The position numbers were made by a program, and so were the translations under genes. From assembly GCA_010093815.1 (NCBI GenBank), contig ML996571.1: a DNA stretch of 64,000 nucleotides; one strand, given 5' to 3'. Source of the DNA: Pseudovirgaria hyperparasitica (Eukaryota). Positions 12,814-26,203 of the stretch are shown here, in pieces; position 1 is the stretch's first letter, and each line of letters opens with the position of its first letter. The notes beneath the pieces are model-generated. The model ran no database searches. It saw only the letters and a list, made by a program, of their open reading frames with translations, and was not told where the DNA came from.

Positions 12814-14624
12814 ATGGCGACTGAAGCCAACAGTCTTACAGAAGGCGCATCGTCCGGAAAAGGTGACAATCCTCCGGATGAGCATACAGCCATCACCACC
12901 CCTCCAAATGAGCAGACCAAACCAAACAGAGGCGGCCCTGTGAGGTGGTCACTCGTCGTCACCTCCCTGCTCATCTCTATCTTTCTTTTCGCCCTGGACA
13001 ACACTGTAGTCGCGGACGTACAGCCCAGCATCATCGAAAGCCTCCATAATGTCGACAAACTCCCCTGGGTATCGGTTGCGTTCCCGTTAGGTGCGATAGC
13101 AATGACTCTGCCTGTGTATGTGACTTCGCGCTCCCTACCTGATCAAGACTGACAAACATCTGCAACAGAGCTCGCCTTGCCAGCCTCTACGATAACAAGT
13201 TGATCTTCATCAACGGCGTTCTACTCTTCGAGATCGGTTCTGCCGTCTGCGGCGCAGCTCCGAACATGACTGCCCTGATCATTGGCCGCGTCCTATGTGG
13301 CATGGGCGGTGTGGCCATCTACAGCGGTGCCATGAACCTGCTCTCCGTCCTCACATCCGAAGCCGAACGACCCATGTATCTGAATCTCACCGGTCTGACC
13401 TGGGGCGCGGGCACAGTCCTAGGTCCCATTGTGGGCGGTGCATTTGCCGAATCGTCTGCGACATGGCGCTGGGCCTTTTACATCAATCTCTGCGTCGGTG
13501 GGGCTTTTGCGCCTGTGTTCATCTTCATGATCCCGTCATTCACACCGAGGCCTGGCGAGGGCGTATTCGCCAAAATGAGGGAGATTGACTGGTTGGGCGC
13601 GACGCTCAACGCGGGTGCACTTGTGTCGTTTGTCATGGCCGTGTCTTTCGGCGGCGGCGTTTACGCGTGGTCCAGCGCCCAGATCATTGCGCTGTGGTGT
13701 GTGAGCGGTGTGCTCTGGATTCTGTTCGTCCTGCAGCAAGCCTTCGCCATCACCACCACGAAGGTAAACCGCATCTTCCCCGTCAAGCTGATCAAAGACT
13801 ATGAGAACGTCATCTTCTTCATGGAGATCGCCGCTGCGACGACTGTGGTGTACATCCCGCTCTACTACATCCCGATCTTCTTCCAGTTCGTTCATAACGA
13901 CTCACCTCTCGAAGCAGGCGTGCGTCTACTGCCTCTCGTTGCATTCCAGGTCTTCGGCGTCATTCTATGTGGCTCGCTGTCCAACGCTGTTGGCTACTAC
14001 TTCCCCTGGTACATCGTCGGCGGCGCCCTAGGCGTCATCGGTGGCGGGCTTTTCTACAGCATCGGCATCGACACCTCTGCCGCAGCCGTCTACGGCTACT
14101 CGGTGATCTTAGGACTGGCGGCCATGTACGTGCAGTGTTCGTTCTCTGTCGTGCAGCTCAAGAGCACGCCGCGCGAGATACCGGATGCGGTCGCGCTGAT
14201 CTCGCTGGGCCAGATCGCCGGTGTGACAGCAGCGCTTACGATCTCGTCGAGTGTGTTCCTAAATCAGGCGAGTGGGCGCATTGCCGAGGCGTTTCCACAG
14301 TTTGCGCGCTCGCAGGTCGTCGGGGCGATCACCGGGGCGCGCGGCGAGTTTATCCAGATGTTGACTGAGGCACAACGAAGGCGTGTGTTGGAGATTATTG
14401 TGGATGTTATCAGTCGATTGTATGGGATGGTGATTGCCGCGGGCGGATTTTCGATTGTGTTGGCGGTCTTTATGAGGCGCGAGAAGCTGTTCTTTGCGGC
14501 GCCGAAGCCGGCGGATGAGGAGAGTGGGCCGAAAGAGAAGGAGAATGTACACGCAGAGGTCAAATCGATTGTGCATGATGCGGAGCTCGCGAGGGACGAC
14601 GAGAGCAAGAAGAGTCAGAATTGA
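12814..14624 (+). CDS. MFS drug:H+ antiporter (DHA2, 14-TM toxin efflux pump type)
   Basis: Exons 12814-13115 and 13169-14624 flank a GTATGT..CAG intron. Motifs LDNTVVA, IIGRVLCGMGG, GPIVGGAF and WRWAFYINL, with many TM helices. Confidence 0.93.
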
Positions 14625-15294
14625 TGACGACGGGGCCTCTTGAGAGGTACCCCTTTTTACATACCGGTGGCTGTTTTGCTTAACGTAGACCATACCAAGA
14701 ATTCGTAATATGGTGCTCTAATACCTGATAGCATTCTTATCCAAGCTTTGACACATACCCACTTCCTTCTTTTTCCTGTCGTTTGTTAGTCTACTACTTC
14801 CACAGGTGCTAAGTTGTGCATGCGACATCTACACGAGAAGTAGATCGTGATAGACATCAGTGAAGTGCGAAAGGACTTGCAGAAGAGAGCTTCTGGCGAC
14901 GCATTACTCATATACAAAAGTAGTGTCATTGTTTTGGTTTCCATTACGTGGTCTGTCGGTAAGGGGTTGAGTAGAAGAAAAAGCCCATGTCTGTGGTATC
15001 GCCGTTGTGTTCTAGCCGGAGAACTCTTCAGAAACAATTGATGCAGCTCATATGAACATTCGAATTACCAAGACAAGATGTTTCCCACATGTACGCCAAA
15101 GCTGTCGCGTTTAACTCCTGTGATAAGCTGGACCGTGACGCCATGACAATAACAGATTCCGAAAACGCCTATACGGCTCCACAGACACAGACAATTGTTA
15201 CGCTATGCTGGGCCATGCTTTCTAGGTTCGCTGAGTGTGTTGCATTTGATGCAAAGCCCCCGACACATATATACTAGGAACGCCGGAACAACGA

Positions 15295-15990
15295 CTAATC
15301 ATCCCAGCTCTTCTCAACCGTCTCCCGTACCTTCTTTATGTATTCACGGCGGTTGTCCTTGAACAAGTTTGAGGCTTCGACGTTGGCAGGGGAGGATGTG
15401 TTTGGATCGTTGAGTAAACTGTTGGCAGTGTCAGTGCCGTCTTAAAAGACTGTGTTCGTCTATACGAACCTCTGGATGCTAGTCAAGATCGCAGCAACAT
15501 CATATGTGGGACTCCATCTGTTCTGTAGAATGTCTAGACAAAGCTCGCCCGTTCCGTATACGTTGGGATGGAACATTTGACTTATAAACTTCACGCCTGG
15601 TGGCTTATTCGGATATGCCTCTTCGAAGTGCATTACCAGCCGGAACGTGCCGTCTTCAAAAGGAGTGTCTGCTGGACCTATAATTACAGCATTCCTGCTT
15701 CATTATCAGAATTGATCATTCCATGTGTTTGGATCAGCCCGTGGAGGATGTAGGCTCAAGATGGCGTACCATGTCATGACATTGTCTGCTATAGGGGAGG
15801 CGGAGACTCCGGCGGGAGGATCAGTCTGCATACGCTGGAACAAGGCATCAGTCATGTGAACGTGAGAGGGATAGATTTGAATGCACGCCTGGCCATCCTA
15901 GAGCTGGCACGACATGGATGGCTTCATCCCATGAAGTTGCATGCTTACCTTGAAGTCTCGCATGAGACGGCGGCGGGCAGAAGTGGACAT
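15295..15990 (-). CDS. RAD6: Ubiquitin-conjugating enzyme E2 Rad6/Ubc2 (151 aa)
   Basis: Not in the ORF track. Exons 15990-15949, 15834-15770, 15694-15470 and 15418-15295 (456 nt) translate [23 protein letters not shown]...[22 protein letters not shown]...[40 protein letters not shown]. Confidence 0.97.
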
Positions 15991-16629
15991 AACTCGGTAT
16001 GAGAGAGAAGCTGAGCAAAATATGTGTTTTATCGCTTAATCGCAGGGGAAGAAGGGAGAATGAAGGGCTCAAGCTGGAGAATGCAGGGAGGAGATCTGGA
16101 AGTCGTCCGGGTACTCAGCTTTATGTAATCGAGCAGTGTATCGATGAATGCTGTGAGAACCCTTTTCAGTACGCCGTGCAGTGACGACAACGCGGGGGTC
16201 TGCAGCGATAAGGCAATCAGGCCTCACAGCTAAGCCTAATACGGCATGGATACGGCTGTGTCATCTCACTAGGGCTGCGGCATCGATCTCGCGACTCGCG
16301 CCTCCAAGCACCCATGCAAGCAAAACACAATCGTCTACCAAACGTTAAACTTTCCCCCTTTCGTTCCCACACGCGACGAGTTTGTATATACACCACCTCA
16401 GTCGACTGCTCTCGTCTACCTGCAGGTTCTATAGAACACTACGTACTATTTCGATTCATCGCACCACCTTTCCGATACACCCCGCCCTGTCTCGATACGC
16501 AGCAAAACAGCCCCCTGCGACTCCTGCGATCGCACATCACCCTTCCCCGTATTGTCCGGTCCCTTCAACCTATAACATTGATTTGTAACTTCGAGGCCGC
16601 CGGGCCTAGAGAGGCCAGCAACCGCAAAT

Positions 16630-19600
16630 ATGGCGTACGTTTGGGCACTAGCGGTGTGGGAGGCCATGTTGACTGATCAAGAGACAGGACCAATAACACC
16701 GTCAAAGTGGTTGCACGGTTTAGGCCGCAAAACAAAGTTGAAATCGCAAGTGGAGGAGAGCCTATCGTAAGGTTCGAGAGTGATGACACATGTGCTATCA
16801 AGGTATGCACTTCTCATGCAGGTACCCGGTGATCCCTCGCCGAAGTATGTTGCGTCTCGCATGTAGATGTTAATCCAGAAATCCACATAGTCGCAAGAGG
16901 CCTCAGGGTCGTTCACCTTTGATCGAGTGTTCGGAATGGACTCTCGGCAGACCGACGTCTTCGATTTCTCTATCAAGCATACCGTCGACGATATCCTACA
17001 AGGTTATAATGGCACAGTCTTTGCATACGGTCAAACCGGTGCTGGTAAATCCTATACCATGATGGGTGGTGATATCGACGACGATGAGTCGAAAGGTATT
17101 ATCCCACGAATAGTAGAGCAGATCTTCGCCAGCATCATGGGAAGCTCAGCCAATATCGAATACACCGTCCGTGTGAGCTATATGGAGATCTACATGGAAA
17201 GAATTCGGGATCTGCTAAGGCCGACAAGTGACAATCTGCCGGTACACGAAGAAAAGAATCGAGGTGTATATGTCAAGGGTCTGGTGGAACTATATGTCTC
17301 CAGTGTGGGCGAAGTTTACGAGGTGATGCGAAGAGGTGGTCAAGCCCGAGCCGTCGCAGCCACAAACATGAATCAGGAATCTTCGCGATCGCATTCCATT
17401 TTCGTAATCACCGTCACCCAGAAAAATGTTGATACCGGATCTGCCAAAACTGGTCAGCTCTTCTTGGTCGACTTGGCTGGAAGTGAAAAGGTTGGAAAGA
17501 CAGGTGCTAGTGGGCAGACTCTAGAGGAAGCAAAGAAGATCAACAAGAGTTTAAGTGCTTTAGGAATGGTCATCAACTCCTTGACCGACGGGAAATCTAC
17601 GCACATTCCATACCGAGATTCTAAATTGACTAGAATTCTGCAGGAATCGCTCGGTGGTAACTCTCGGACGACACTCATTATTAATTGCTCGCCGAGTAGC
17701 TACAACGATGTTGAGACAGTCAGCACTCTGAGATTTGGCGAACGGGCAAAGGCTATCAAGAATAAGGCCAAGGTTAACGCCGAGTTAAGTCCTGCAGAGC
17801 TGAAGGCACTTTTGAAGAAGGCTCAAAGTGAGGTCATGTCCTATGAAACATATACCGCCTCTCTCACCGATGAAATTCAACTCTGGCGCGGTGGATCAAG
17901 TGTTCCCCAGGATCAATGGGTGCCGGCATTCGAGAAAGGCTCAACTGCTCCAAAGAGAGACACCAGGCCTCGATCGGACACGCCGTCTAAGCAAATAGCG
18001 GACGTGCGGCGGATGGAAACGCCCTCAAGGCCAGATTCCCGAATGGAGATTGACCGAGCTGGCACACCCAGCGCCATGCTAGAGAAGGACGAGAAGGACG
18101 AATTCTTACGGCGCGAAAACGAGTTCCAAGATCAGCTCGCCGAGAAGGAAAGTGCACTTGCCAACTCAGAGGCGACCTTAAGGAGTCTTAGGGAAGAACT
18201 GCAATTCCTAAGGGAGCGCGAGGGCAAGAGCGGAAAGGAGAATGAGCGTCTCGTGGGTGAAGTGAATGAGTTGAAGATGCAGGTGGAAAAGATCCATTTC
18301 GAGACCAAGGAACAGAACATCACTATGGACGGTCTCAAGGAGTCCAATGCAGAACTCACATCAGAGCTGGACGAAGTGAAGCAGCAGCTCCTCGACGCAA
18401 AGATCGCAGCCAAAGAAGCTGGCGTCCAGCTCGATGAGAAAGAGAAAAAGAAGGCCGAACGTATGGCTCAGATGATGGCTGGTTTCGATCTGGGCGGTGA
18501 TGTCTTCAGCGACAACGAGCGTAATCTTCGGAAGATCATCGAGCAAGTTGATTCTTTATACGAGGTCAGTGCATCAGGCGAGGCTGTATCACCGGACCAC
18601 TTCCAAGACCTCCGACAGAAGTTGCGTGAAACCCAGGGTATCGTGAGGCAAGCCGAGCTGTCTGTCACCCAACGAGGTGAACAAGATGACGCTCATGTAC
18701 AGAGGCATGAGACACTGGAGCAACGACTATCCACCATCCAGCGGGAGTACGAAGAGTTACTGGAGGGTAAGCTAGGTGACGGCGACGTCGAAGCGATTAG
18801 ATCGAAGCTTGCAGACGCCTATACTGCCAGACAGGAAGGCGACAACGAACACACCAAAGGTCTCAAGCAGGATATACAACATAAGCTGCAAGAGAACCAG
18901 CAACTGCGATCAGAGAACGAGAGTCTTCAACAGCGATTGAAGAGTAGCGGTGTGATGAATGGTGTCGCGGCCGGCGGGTCCAATGGAAAGACCGTTCAGC
19001 AACAGATTGCCGACTTTGATATCATGAAGAAGAGTCTGATGCGTGATCTCCAGAATCGTTGCGAGAGGGTGAGTTTACTGCTGCGCGCAGTTAGTGATAG
19101 TTCCAACTAATGATTTTACAGGTCGTCGAACTCGAGATTTCTTTAGACGAGACCCGGGAGCAGTACAACAACGTTCTTCGCTCTTCCAACAATAGACAAC
19201 AACAAAAGAAGATGGCTTTCCTCGAGCGCAACCTGGAGCAACTCACCGTGGTTCAGCGACAGCTTGTCGAGCAGAACAGCGGCTTGAAGAAAGAAGTTGC
19301 CATCGCAGAGCGTAAACTCATTGCTCGAAACGAGCGAATTCAAAGTCTCGAGGCTCTCCTTCAGGACAGCCAGGAGAAACTGACTGCTGCCAATCACCGG
19401 TACGTATCAATGCCCCAGACACTCAAGATGATACATATCACTAACAGCTCTGAAAGATTCGAAGTTCAACTCCAGGGAGTCAAAGAGCGTCTCGAAGCTG
19501 TAAAAGCGAACTCAACCCGCGGTCTCGGCGGCCTCGGCTCCCCAACGTCCAATGCGTCGTTTGCGTTTGGTGGCGGCTCACGCATAGCTAAGCCGCTGAG

Positions 19601-19730
19601 AGGAGGTGGTGGTGCCGGCGCTGGGCAATCGACAGAATATGCTGCGCAACCAGCACTTGCCGGTGTACAAGCTCAAGAAGCAGGAAACTCCGGGAAGCGC
19701 AGCAGCTGGTTCTTCAACAAGACTTCGTGA
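16630..19730 (+). CDS. kinA: Conventional kinesin heavy chain (kinesin-1, KinA/Nkin type)
   Basis: Exons at approximately 16630-16634, 16688-16802, 16891-19068, 19122-19399 and 19457-19730. Motifs VKVVARFRP, GQTGAGKS (P-loop), SSRSH, LVDLAGSE, HIPYRDSKLTRIL, a coiled-coil stalk and the IAKP autoinhibitory tail motif. Confidence 0.97.
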
Positions 19731-20445
19731 GTGTGCCGTGGAGCTGATGATACCCTAGGCTGCGATGGAAGCTCGGAAGAAGTGTGAATAGAGCATACTG
19801 GAGGATGGCGTCGAGATGAGCAAACGAAATGTCTACATTGATGGCTTGCGGATACGATGGCGTGGAATGCTGCATGTTGCATTCCCTGTATGAAGACTGA
19901 CTGCGATGCTTTTTCCTTGCATATGATTCCCTCCCTATGCGCATGTTGCGTATTGAGGCTTTCTGACCTTCAGAAGATTTGGTGGCACCGCGCTTGGTTG
20001 GTACCGGGACTTGTTTTCTACATAGCATACATTGGACGCGACTTGATGGACGAAAATAGATCATCTTTAGACAAGACTGATCATGTGGTCGCTGCACAAT
20101 CATCTCACACTGTGCCTGATACCCGTATGAATTGCTGTTCAGGAGATAACCCAGCATGGGGATGAACAAGCAAGAGTTCTTTATTGAAGTGCTCAGTGAC
20201 GGTGGCCAAACAGTGAAGATGTCTCGGAAAGGCCAATTTGAGTCCATAGCGTACGCATTGCAGTACCTAGTATTTGCCTACGACAAGGCTCTGACCAAGC
20301 TTCCACAAGGCTGAGCTGTTGCGCCCCTCGTTGGGCTCTGCTTTACTTTGGTCTGTATGACCTTCTGGAACTCGCAACACTGGCTTGATTCCTTCAGAAC
20401 AGACACCGCCTGCTGGGAACGTTTCAGCTGAAATTGCTGTTAACG

Positions 20446-21990
20446 ATGGACGAATTTGAGTACCAAGCACTGGATGCCAATCAAAGGCAAGATCTCAGAC
20501 TCTTACGGATGCTCGAATCCTCTGGAACCACCATACGCTGCGAACTCTTCCACACTACATACGCGCTCCAGCCATATGAAGCCCTCTCTTACACATGGGG
20601 CAATGCAGAATTGGTGGACGAGATCGAAGTGAACGGAAAGAGCCTTTGGATTACAGATAATCTACACACCGCCCTGGGATATCTCCGCTTACCACGCCAG
20701 GACCGCGTCCTATGGATCGATGCTATCTGCATTAATCAAACAGACCTACAAGAGCGACGTGAGCAAGTGGAAAGAATGGGCGAGATCTTTAGGGGGGCAA
20801 CACGGGTCATATTTTGGCTTGGTAAGGCTACGCGTGAGATCAATATGTTCTTGGATGCTTTTAATGAATTGGAACGCATGTGCAAGGAAAGATGCCTTGA
20901 TATGAGTCTTTGGTCGTCGAGCGACCAGCAATGGTCTGACCTGAAGTTGGACTTTACATCGCAGCAGTCTGCGAAAGGCAAGTCAATGTCATCGCTGCTA
21001 AAGGGCTTCCAAACAATCCTTCAAAGGCCGTGGTTTCGACGTATCTGGATCGTTCAAGAGGTGGCAAGGGCATGGTCAGCCTTAATCTGCTGTAGTTCGA
21101 GATCTTTGTCCACTGAAATCTTCTTTCTGACCCCGATGATATTGGACACTCGAATAGACAGACATTGTCACGCTGTGCTTGAGATCATGCCCGGGCCAGG
21201 AAGGTACCATTCGTGGTTTCGTGAGCACCTTGACCTATATACACTCCTTGCTATGTTCTGCAGAAGCGAGGCAACAGATGAACGGGACATGATATATGCC
21301 TTACTTGGTCTAGCAGCTGACTCGTCAGCTATCTCGATGCTGGCTGCAGACTATGCGGATCCCATAACAAGTGTTCTCCAGAAGACCGTCCACTATCTCA
21401 CAAGCAAGACTCGCCTGCCAATGATTCTGAACTATCTAACGTTTTTCCAATCCGTCACGGTTGTCTACTTGACTTCTGGTGAGAACGCCCATGAAGTCCT
21501 TGATAAAGAGCTGGATCAAGGAATTCAAAAACGCCATTCCGAAGAGCGCTCTTATGATTTCACCATTGAAGAAAAGACAGCCGAGTCGCCGACGTGCTTC
21601 AAGCAGGTCATGGAGTTGTGCAAAGACCTTGACAAGAATAAGTTACCCGTCCATAGCTACGCACGAGTCGTACCATGGACAAGTGACAACAAGAGTGTCA
21701 AGATTCTCGTGGTTGATGACTTTGACGTAGCACTGGAGCATGTTGTAACTCAAGGATATGGCCAGCTTGTCGAAGCCATGTTGCGCCGACTGAAGCCACA
21801 CATCTGGAACAGTAGAAGAGCTCTAACCATAGCTTTTAACGAGCGGCATGAGGAGATTGCACAGACCTTACTGCATTATGGTGCGAAAGCCTCGGCTAGC
21901 GATATCCGGTCGGCTGTCGAGGAAGATAATTTGCAGAGGGTGAAGTACATACTTGATGCGCAGCCCGAACTTGATGATACATTACAGTAA
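20446..21990 (+). CDS. HET-domain (heterokaryon incompatibility-like) protein with C-terminal ankyrin-like repeats
   Basis: HET motifs YEALSYTWG, LWIDAICINQ, EQVERMGEIF, WFRRIWIVQE and ATDERDMIYALLGL. The C-terminus (ALTIAF..HEEIAQTLLHYGA) is ankyrin-like. Confidence 0.88.
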   Translation: MDEFEYQALDANQRQDLRLLRMLESSGTTIRCELFHTTYALQPYEALSYTWGNAELVDEIEVNGKSLWITDNLHTALGYLRLPRQDRVLWIDAICINQTDLQERREQVERMGEIFRGATRVIFWLGKATREINMFLDAFNELERMCKERCLDMSLWSSSDQQWSDLKLDFTSQQSAKGKSMSSLLKGFQTILQRPWFRRIWIVQEVARAWSALICCSSRSLSTEIFFLTPMILDTRIDRHCHAVLEIMPGPGRYHSWFREHLDLYTLLAMFCRSEATDERDMIYALLGLAADSSAISMLAADYADPITSVLQKTVHYLTSKTRLPMILNYLTFFQSVTVVYLTSGENAHEVLDKELDQGIQKRHSEERSYDFTIEEKTAESPTCFKQVMELCKDLDKNKLPVHSYARVVPWTSDNKSVKILVVDDFDVALEHVVTQGYGQLVEAMLRRLKPHIWNSRRALTIAFNERHEEIAQTLLHYGAKASASDIRSAVEEDNLQRVKYILDAQPELDDTLQ

Positions 21991-23002
21991 AGACACGGGA
22001 ATGAGTATGCTGAAAGCTGTGATCTCTAGTGAGATGCTTTTCTATAAGGGCTTTCGAGGACAGATGTGCTGTAGAACGTACTCCTGGGTATATAAGGGGG
22101 CAGGGAGTCAACAGAGGCGCTTGAAAGGCAGGGCAGTCTATATCATCGCAGTAGACTAGGGAGTGATACTTGAGCAGGATCTGAAGCTTGACAGTTTACC
22201 GGTAGGTTAGAGGCTCGTTATATCGCATGACAAGAAACTTAGTCTTGTATGTCGACTAATACATCTGGAGAGCCTTTACGATTGGCTAGCTTGTACGTAG
22301 TAGGCTCTGTACCGAAAAAGTACATTGTAAACATCGATGCGAGATTCACTGACTTTGAGAGTTCACATTTAGGCATACCTCATTGGGACGAGCTCATGAT
22401 CGAGCACTTCGGCAAATCTCCTGAGCCCACAATTAACAACTAAAGGTAGGCTCCTCTCACAAAATCTAGACTCATACGCCTCTTTCATACACTCTGACCC
22501 CCGCAATAGCTGCGAGGCTGTGTTCCGTCATGCCTTTTACCCGGCCGCCACGTGCAGGCCCGAGAGGTAAGCTGACTGCTTAATGTTGACTGCATCGTAA
22601 ATCTGGAACGCGTCCTCCTGGTTGATTAGTACGATGCACTTTGGCCCAGGGCTTAGGTCATTGAGGCGCAGTGAAGTATTAGGGATTCGAAGTGAATTGC
22701 GTGCGTTGTTAGTTTGCGAGATAATCTTCAGGAGGGCGGACAAAGTGAGGTCGGTGCTTGGACGTGAAGACACTGTTTGTTTGTGATAGACACTGATTTA
22801 TAGGCTCTCGGAATTATGAAGAACGAGTTGGAAGTCGTAGATATTGGGTTAATGTTGTCAGAATAGAGAAAAGAAAAGGATAGATTCCGCTAGTCACCTG
22901 ACTGAGCACGTGGCATCTTCGATGACAATCAATTCGCAGTCGCGTCTACTCTCACATTGAACAAACACAAACTTGAGCGAATTCATTACCGAACACCGGG
23001 CC

Positions 23003-23827
23003 ATGGCGGTTCTGCTAGATCTCCCGAACGAACTTCTCATCGAGATCGGCAATCACATCACGTGTCCGCGAGATGCCCTCTACTTTCTATTCACATGTAG
23101 AAGACTAGCCTACATCCTGATCGATGCGCCCGTAAAGTCTAACATCTGGTACAACAACAGCGACGCACTGGCCTGGGCTGTAAGCAATGACCGACCCGAC
23201 CTCGTCTCTCGGATGATCAAGCTTGGCGCAAACCCCATGGCTACGGATCGACAGCGAGTCTTGATAGGCCTCTCACCGGAAAGTGCGCTTATAGCTGCTG
23301 TCACACGAAGGAGGATTGGTATGGTAGAGCTTCTTACCGGAGACGAAGCTCAAAGTACGGCTGAGAAAATCGACATCAAACAGTTCGAGAGGGGCTTGAT
23401 GGCGGCCCATGATATGGTGCGGGTAATGGCTTTGAAAGAGTCCGACCAGTTGTCGCTACTACATATTCTGGTAGGCAGGCTGATCAAGCTCCTCGGACCT
23501 GATTACTTGACGACAGACACAGGCATCAGATTGTTAGAATCTGCATGCGGGGAACGTCGTGTCGACATGGTACGTCTTCTGCTGGCTAGTGCACGGGCGG
23601 GCTTGAAAGAGCTACCACCGAAGACCATATTGAAGGTCTTTACCCAGTGTGATGAGGCGGTAACAGTCGAAATCTATGACATGTTGTTGTCCGCTGGTGT
23701 CCAACTCCCGCACTTATTCAGGGTACGGAGGGGACTGGGTGCGCGGCCAAAGATGAAATCGCTACTCAAGAGATTCGGATACTCGATGATCGACGATACG
23801 GATTCTTTTTTACTACACAAGGCTTGA
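23003..23827 (+). CDS. F-box-like plus ankyrin-repeat protein
   Basis: N-terminal LLDLPNELLIEI is F-box-like. Ankyrin-like units: ALAWAVSNDRPDLVSRMIKLGANP, ALIAAV and RRVDMVRLLLA. Confidence 0.75.
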   Translation: MAVLLDLPNELLIEIGNHITCPRDALYFLFTCRRLAYILIDAPVKSNIWYNNSDALAWAVSNDRPDLVSRMIKLGANPMATDRQRVLIGLSPESALIAAVTRRRIGMVELLTGDEAQSTAEKIDIKQFERGLMAAHDMVRVMALKESDQLSLLHILVGRLIKLLGPDYLTTDTGIRLLESACGERRVDMVRLLLASARAGLKELPPKTILKVFTQCDEAVTVEIYDMLLSAGVQLPHLFRVRRGLGARPKMKSLLKRFGYSMIDDTDSFLLHKA

Positions 23828-26203
23828 GACAGTATCCACCATAACATACAGCGACCGAGCATTCGGGATCACACCTCGGAACTTCGAATGTTCTTGATCG
23901 CCTCCTCGGAAACGTGTATCGTAGACTCTACAGTCTTGTAAACCGTGAGAACTCGAAGCAACCAGCGTGATGCGATCTGCCGGATAATCGAGTGCTGTTA
24001 CGCAGTGACTCGGATTGAGGAGAGCCGGGCACGATCTTCGCCATACATGATACATCCCTTCCATCACGTTAAGATCCATATGGGGACTTGAATCAGCCAA
24101 CAGCGCTAGAATATGAGCCGCAATACAGCGGTGATTGCAGCGAACGCGCACACTTTGACCCGATCACGGAAGCACAAATCCGTCCAGACGCTGCTCTATC
24201 TAACACACAACAACAAGGCACCCCAAACCCGAACTTATAAAGCCTCGCCCCTCGCCCCTCGCCCAGCTACAACCAACAAACCGCCCCCCAAGACACAACA
24301 CATCCGCATCTAGACACGCAGATCACATCACATCGACAGAATCGGACGTCGTAGTCAGTCGTGGCAAAACCGACGCGATCGGCGTTCTAAAAGGAACAAA
24401 CGGCGTCCCTGTGCCCCACGTGTGCGGCCGAGCCCTTGGGGCGGGCGAGAAACTGGGGGCCTGAACTACTATTAGGGCCTGCTCCGAAGAAGTGCAGAGA
24501 TTTCGATTTACAGATATTGTAAATATCACAAACGCAGAAACTGTCCTGTTGGGTAATTATCGCGATATGATGAAACACAGCGAATATACCTCCCTCCTTA
24601 CCTCCCTTCCTTGCAGATGTAGTCTTCTACATACAAATCACACACGCTAGTGTCTCTCTAACAGTTCATCATACCCATCGCGTCCCCTTCATCCTCCCCC
24701 CTCGCGTCAACAAACGCCCTTACATCTGCTGGTCACTTTCCTTTACGTTATAACTACCCATCAGCACGTTGCTCAGTTTCCCCTCGCGCCAGTGCCTATG
24801 TAAGCACGTGTGAACCTCCGCGGATTGTGGCTTGCCAGCTAGACAGCCCTCCATCCGTCGAATGTTGGTGGCGTCGCCCTACGCGCCGCGCCGCAGGTGC
24901 GCAACTACAGTTCAATACCTGCGCGCCGTTGCGAGACAGAGATCATAGGACTCGATGTTGGATCTGTGCATCTAGATTTGTGAATCCTACGCTTTTTGTA
25001 TCGTCATCGCGGGAGGGATTTGATACTGTATCATTGCCGTCGCGCGAGGGCTTGTCTAATGGCAATTCATATCTTGGCATCAATATCGTTATTGCATGAT
25101 TCTACAATGATCAACTTCTGGATCAATCATAGGTACAAGAAAATCGCCAAACATACATATGCTTACTACATACATCCCCGCGCCCTGCATCCTCCTTTTC
25201 TCCTTCACACATCTTGTCTTGCATCTACTTATGTAACCTCATGCACGCGTACGGCGCAGTAATATTGCCTGGCCTTGCCCACTAGGACACACCCGCCCGG
25301 CCACATACACACCCGCCATCCATGACGCCCCGTTCGCTAGGGTTGGCGGAGATCGAGTCGTTCCTGTTTGGGCGGGATGAACGGGAGAGGGGAGTGGGAG
25401 GGAAGGTGGAAGAGACGGAGAGTGAAGGTTTATTTGATCTGTTCTATTATTAGGTATACGTCGGATGTTCTGGGCCTTTCGTGGGTTTGGTGCTTGGTGC
25501 TTGGTGCTTCGTACTTTGTGCTTGGACTGGAGTTTTGAACTGAACGTGATGTATGGATGGAAGGGATGGAGAGTGGAGAGGTGGTAAGTAGGTAGGTAGG
25601 TAGGTAGATATAGATATGAATGTGTATGAGTATCAATGGACGATATATATGGCGATGGTGATGGTTTGGTTGACAGTAGAGTGTCCACTGTACGATCAGC
25701 GGAACTATAAGGACAATTGAGTCAGCTTGGACATTCTGTAATCTCAATTGTACGTAGTAGAGATCCGAACCTTTGAACACTAGATGTTTAAACGACATCG
25801 CAGTACGTCACGTCACGCAGACCACAATCAAGCAACCAGCACACACATTCAACATAGCAAATCATTGTATTAGCCTCAATCCATCTATACCACCTCCTTC
25901 GTTTCTCCTTTTCCCCTATTTTTTTCCTTTCCAAACCCATGTTAATCCTTCTTAATCCCATAAACACCATCCCAATGCCCGGCCCCTAATATGTGGATAT
26001 GTATATGAATGGATGCATGCTGGAAAAACACAAGTACAAAAAGGGGACAAAACAAAAAAGCCTCATACGTAGTAAGGGCAGGGGATATTAGTATACGCCA
26101 CTTGTACACCATTATACGCCTTCGAAGCAGCGCCACTGATGCTAGATGCAAGACCTTGATGAGCCAAAAGAAAAAGGAATAGAGACAAATAACGCCCGCG
26201 CTC

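Noticed and set aside
22250..22800. Protein-like minus-strand fragments between the HET and F-box-ankyrin genes
   Set aside because: There is no consistent start or splice model and no recognisable motif; it could be a degraded gene.
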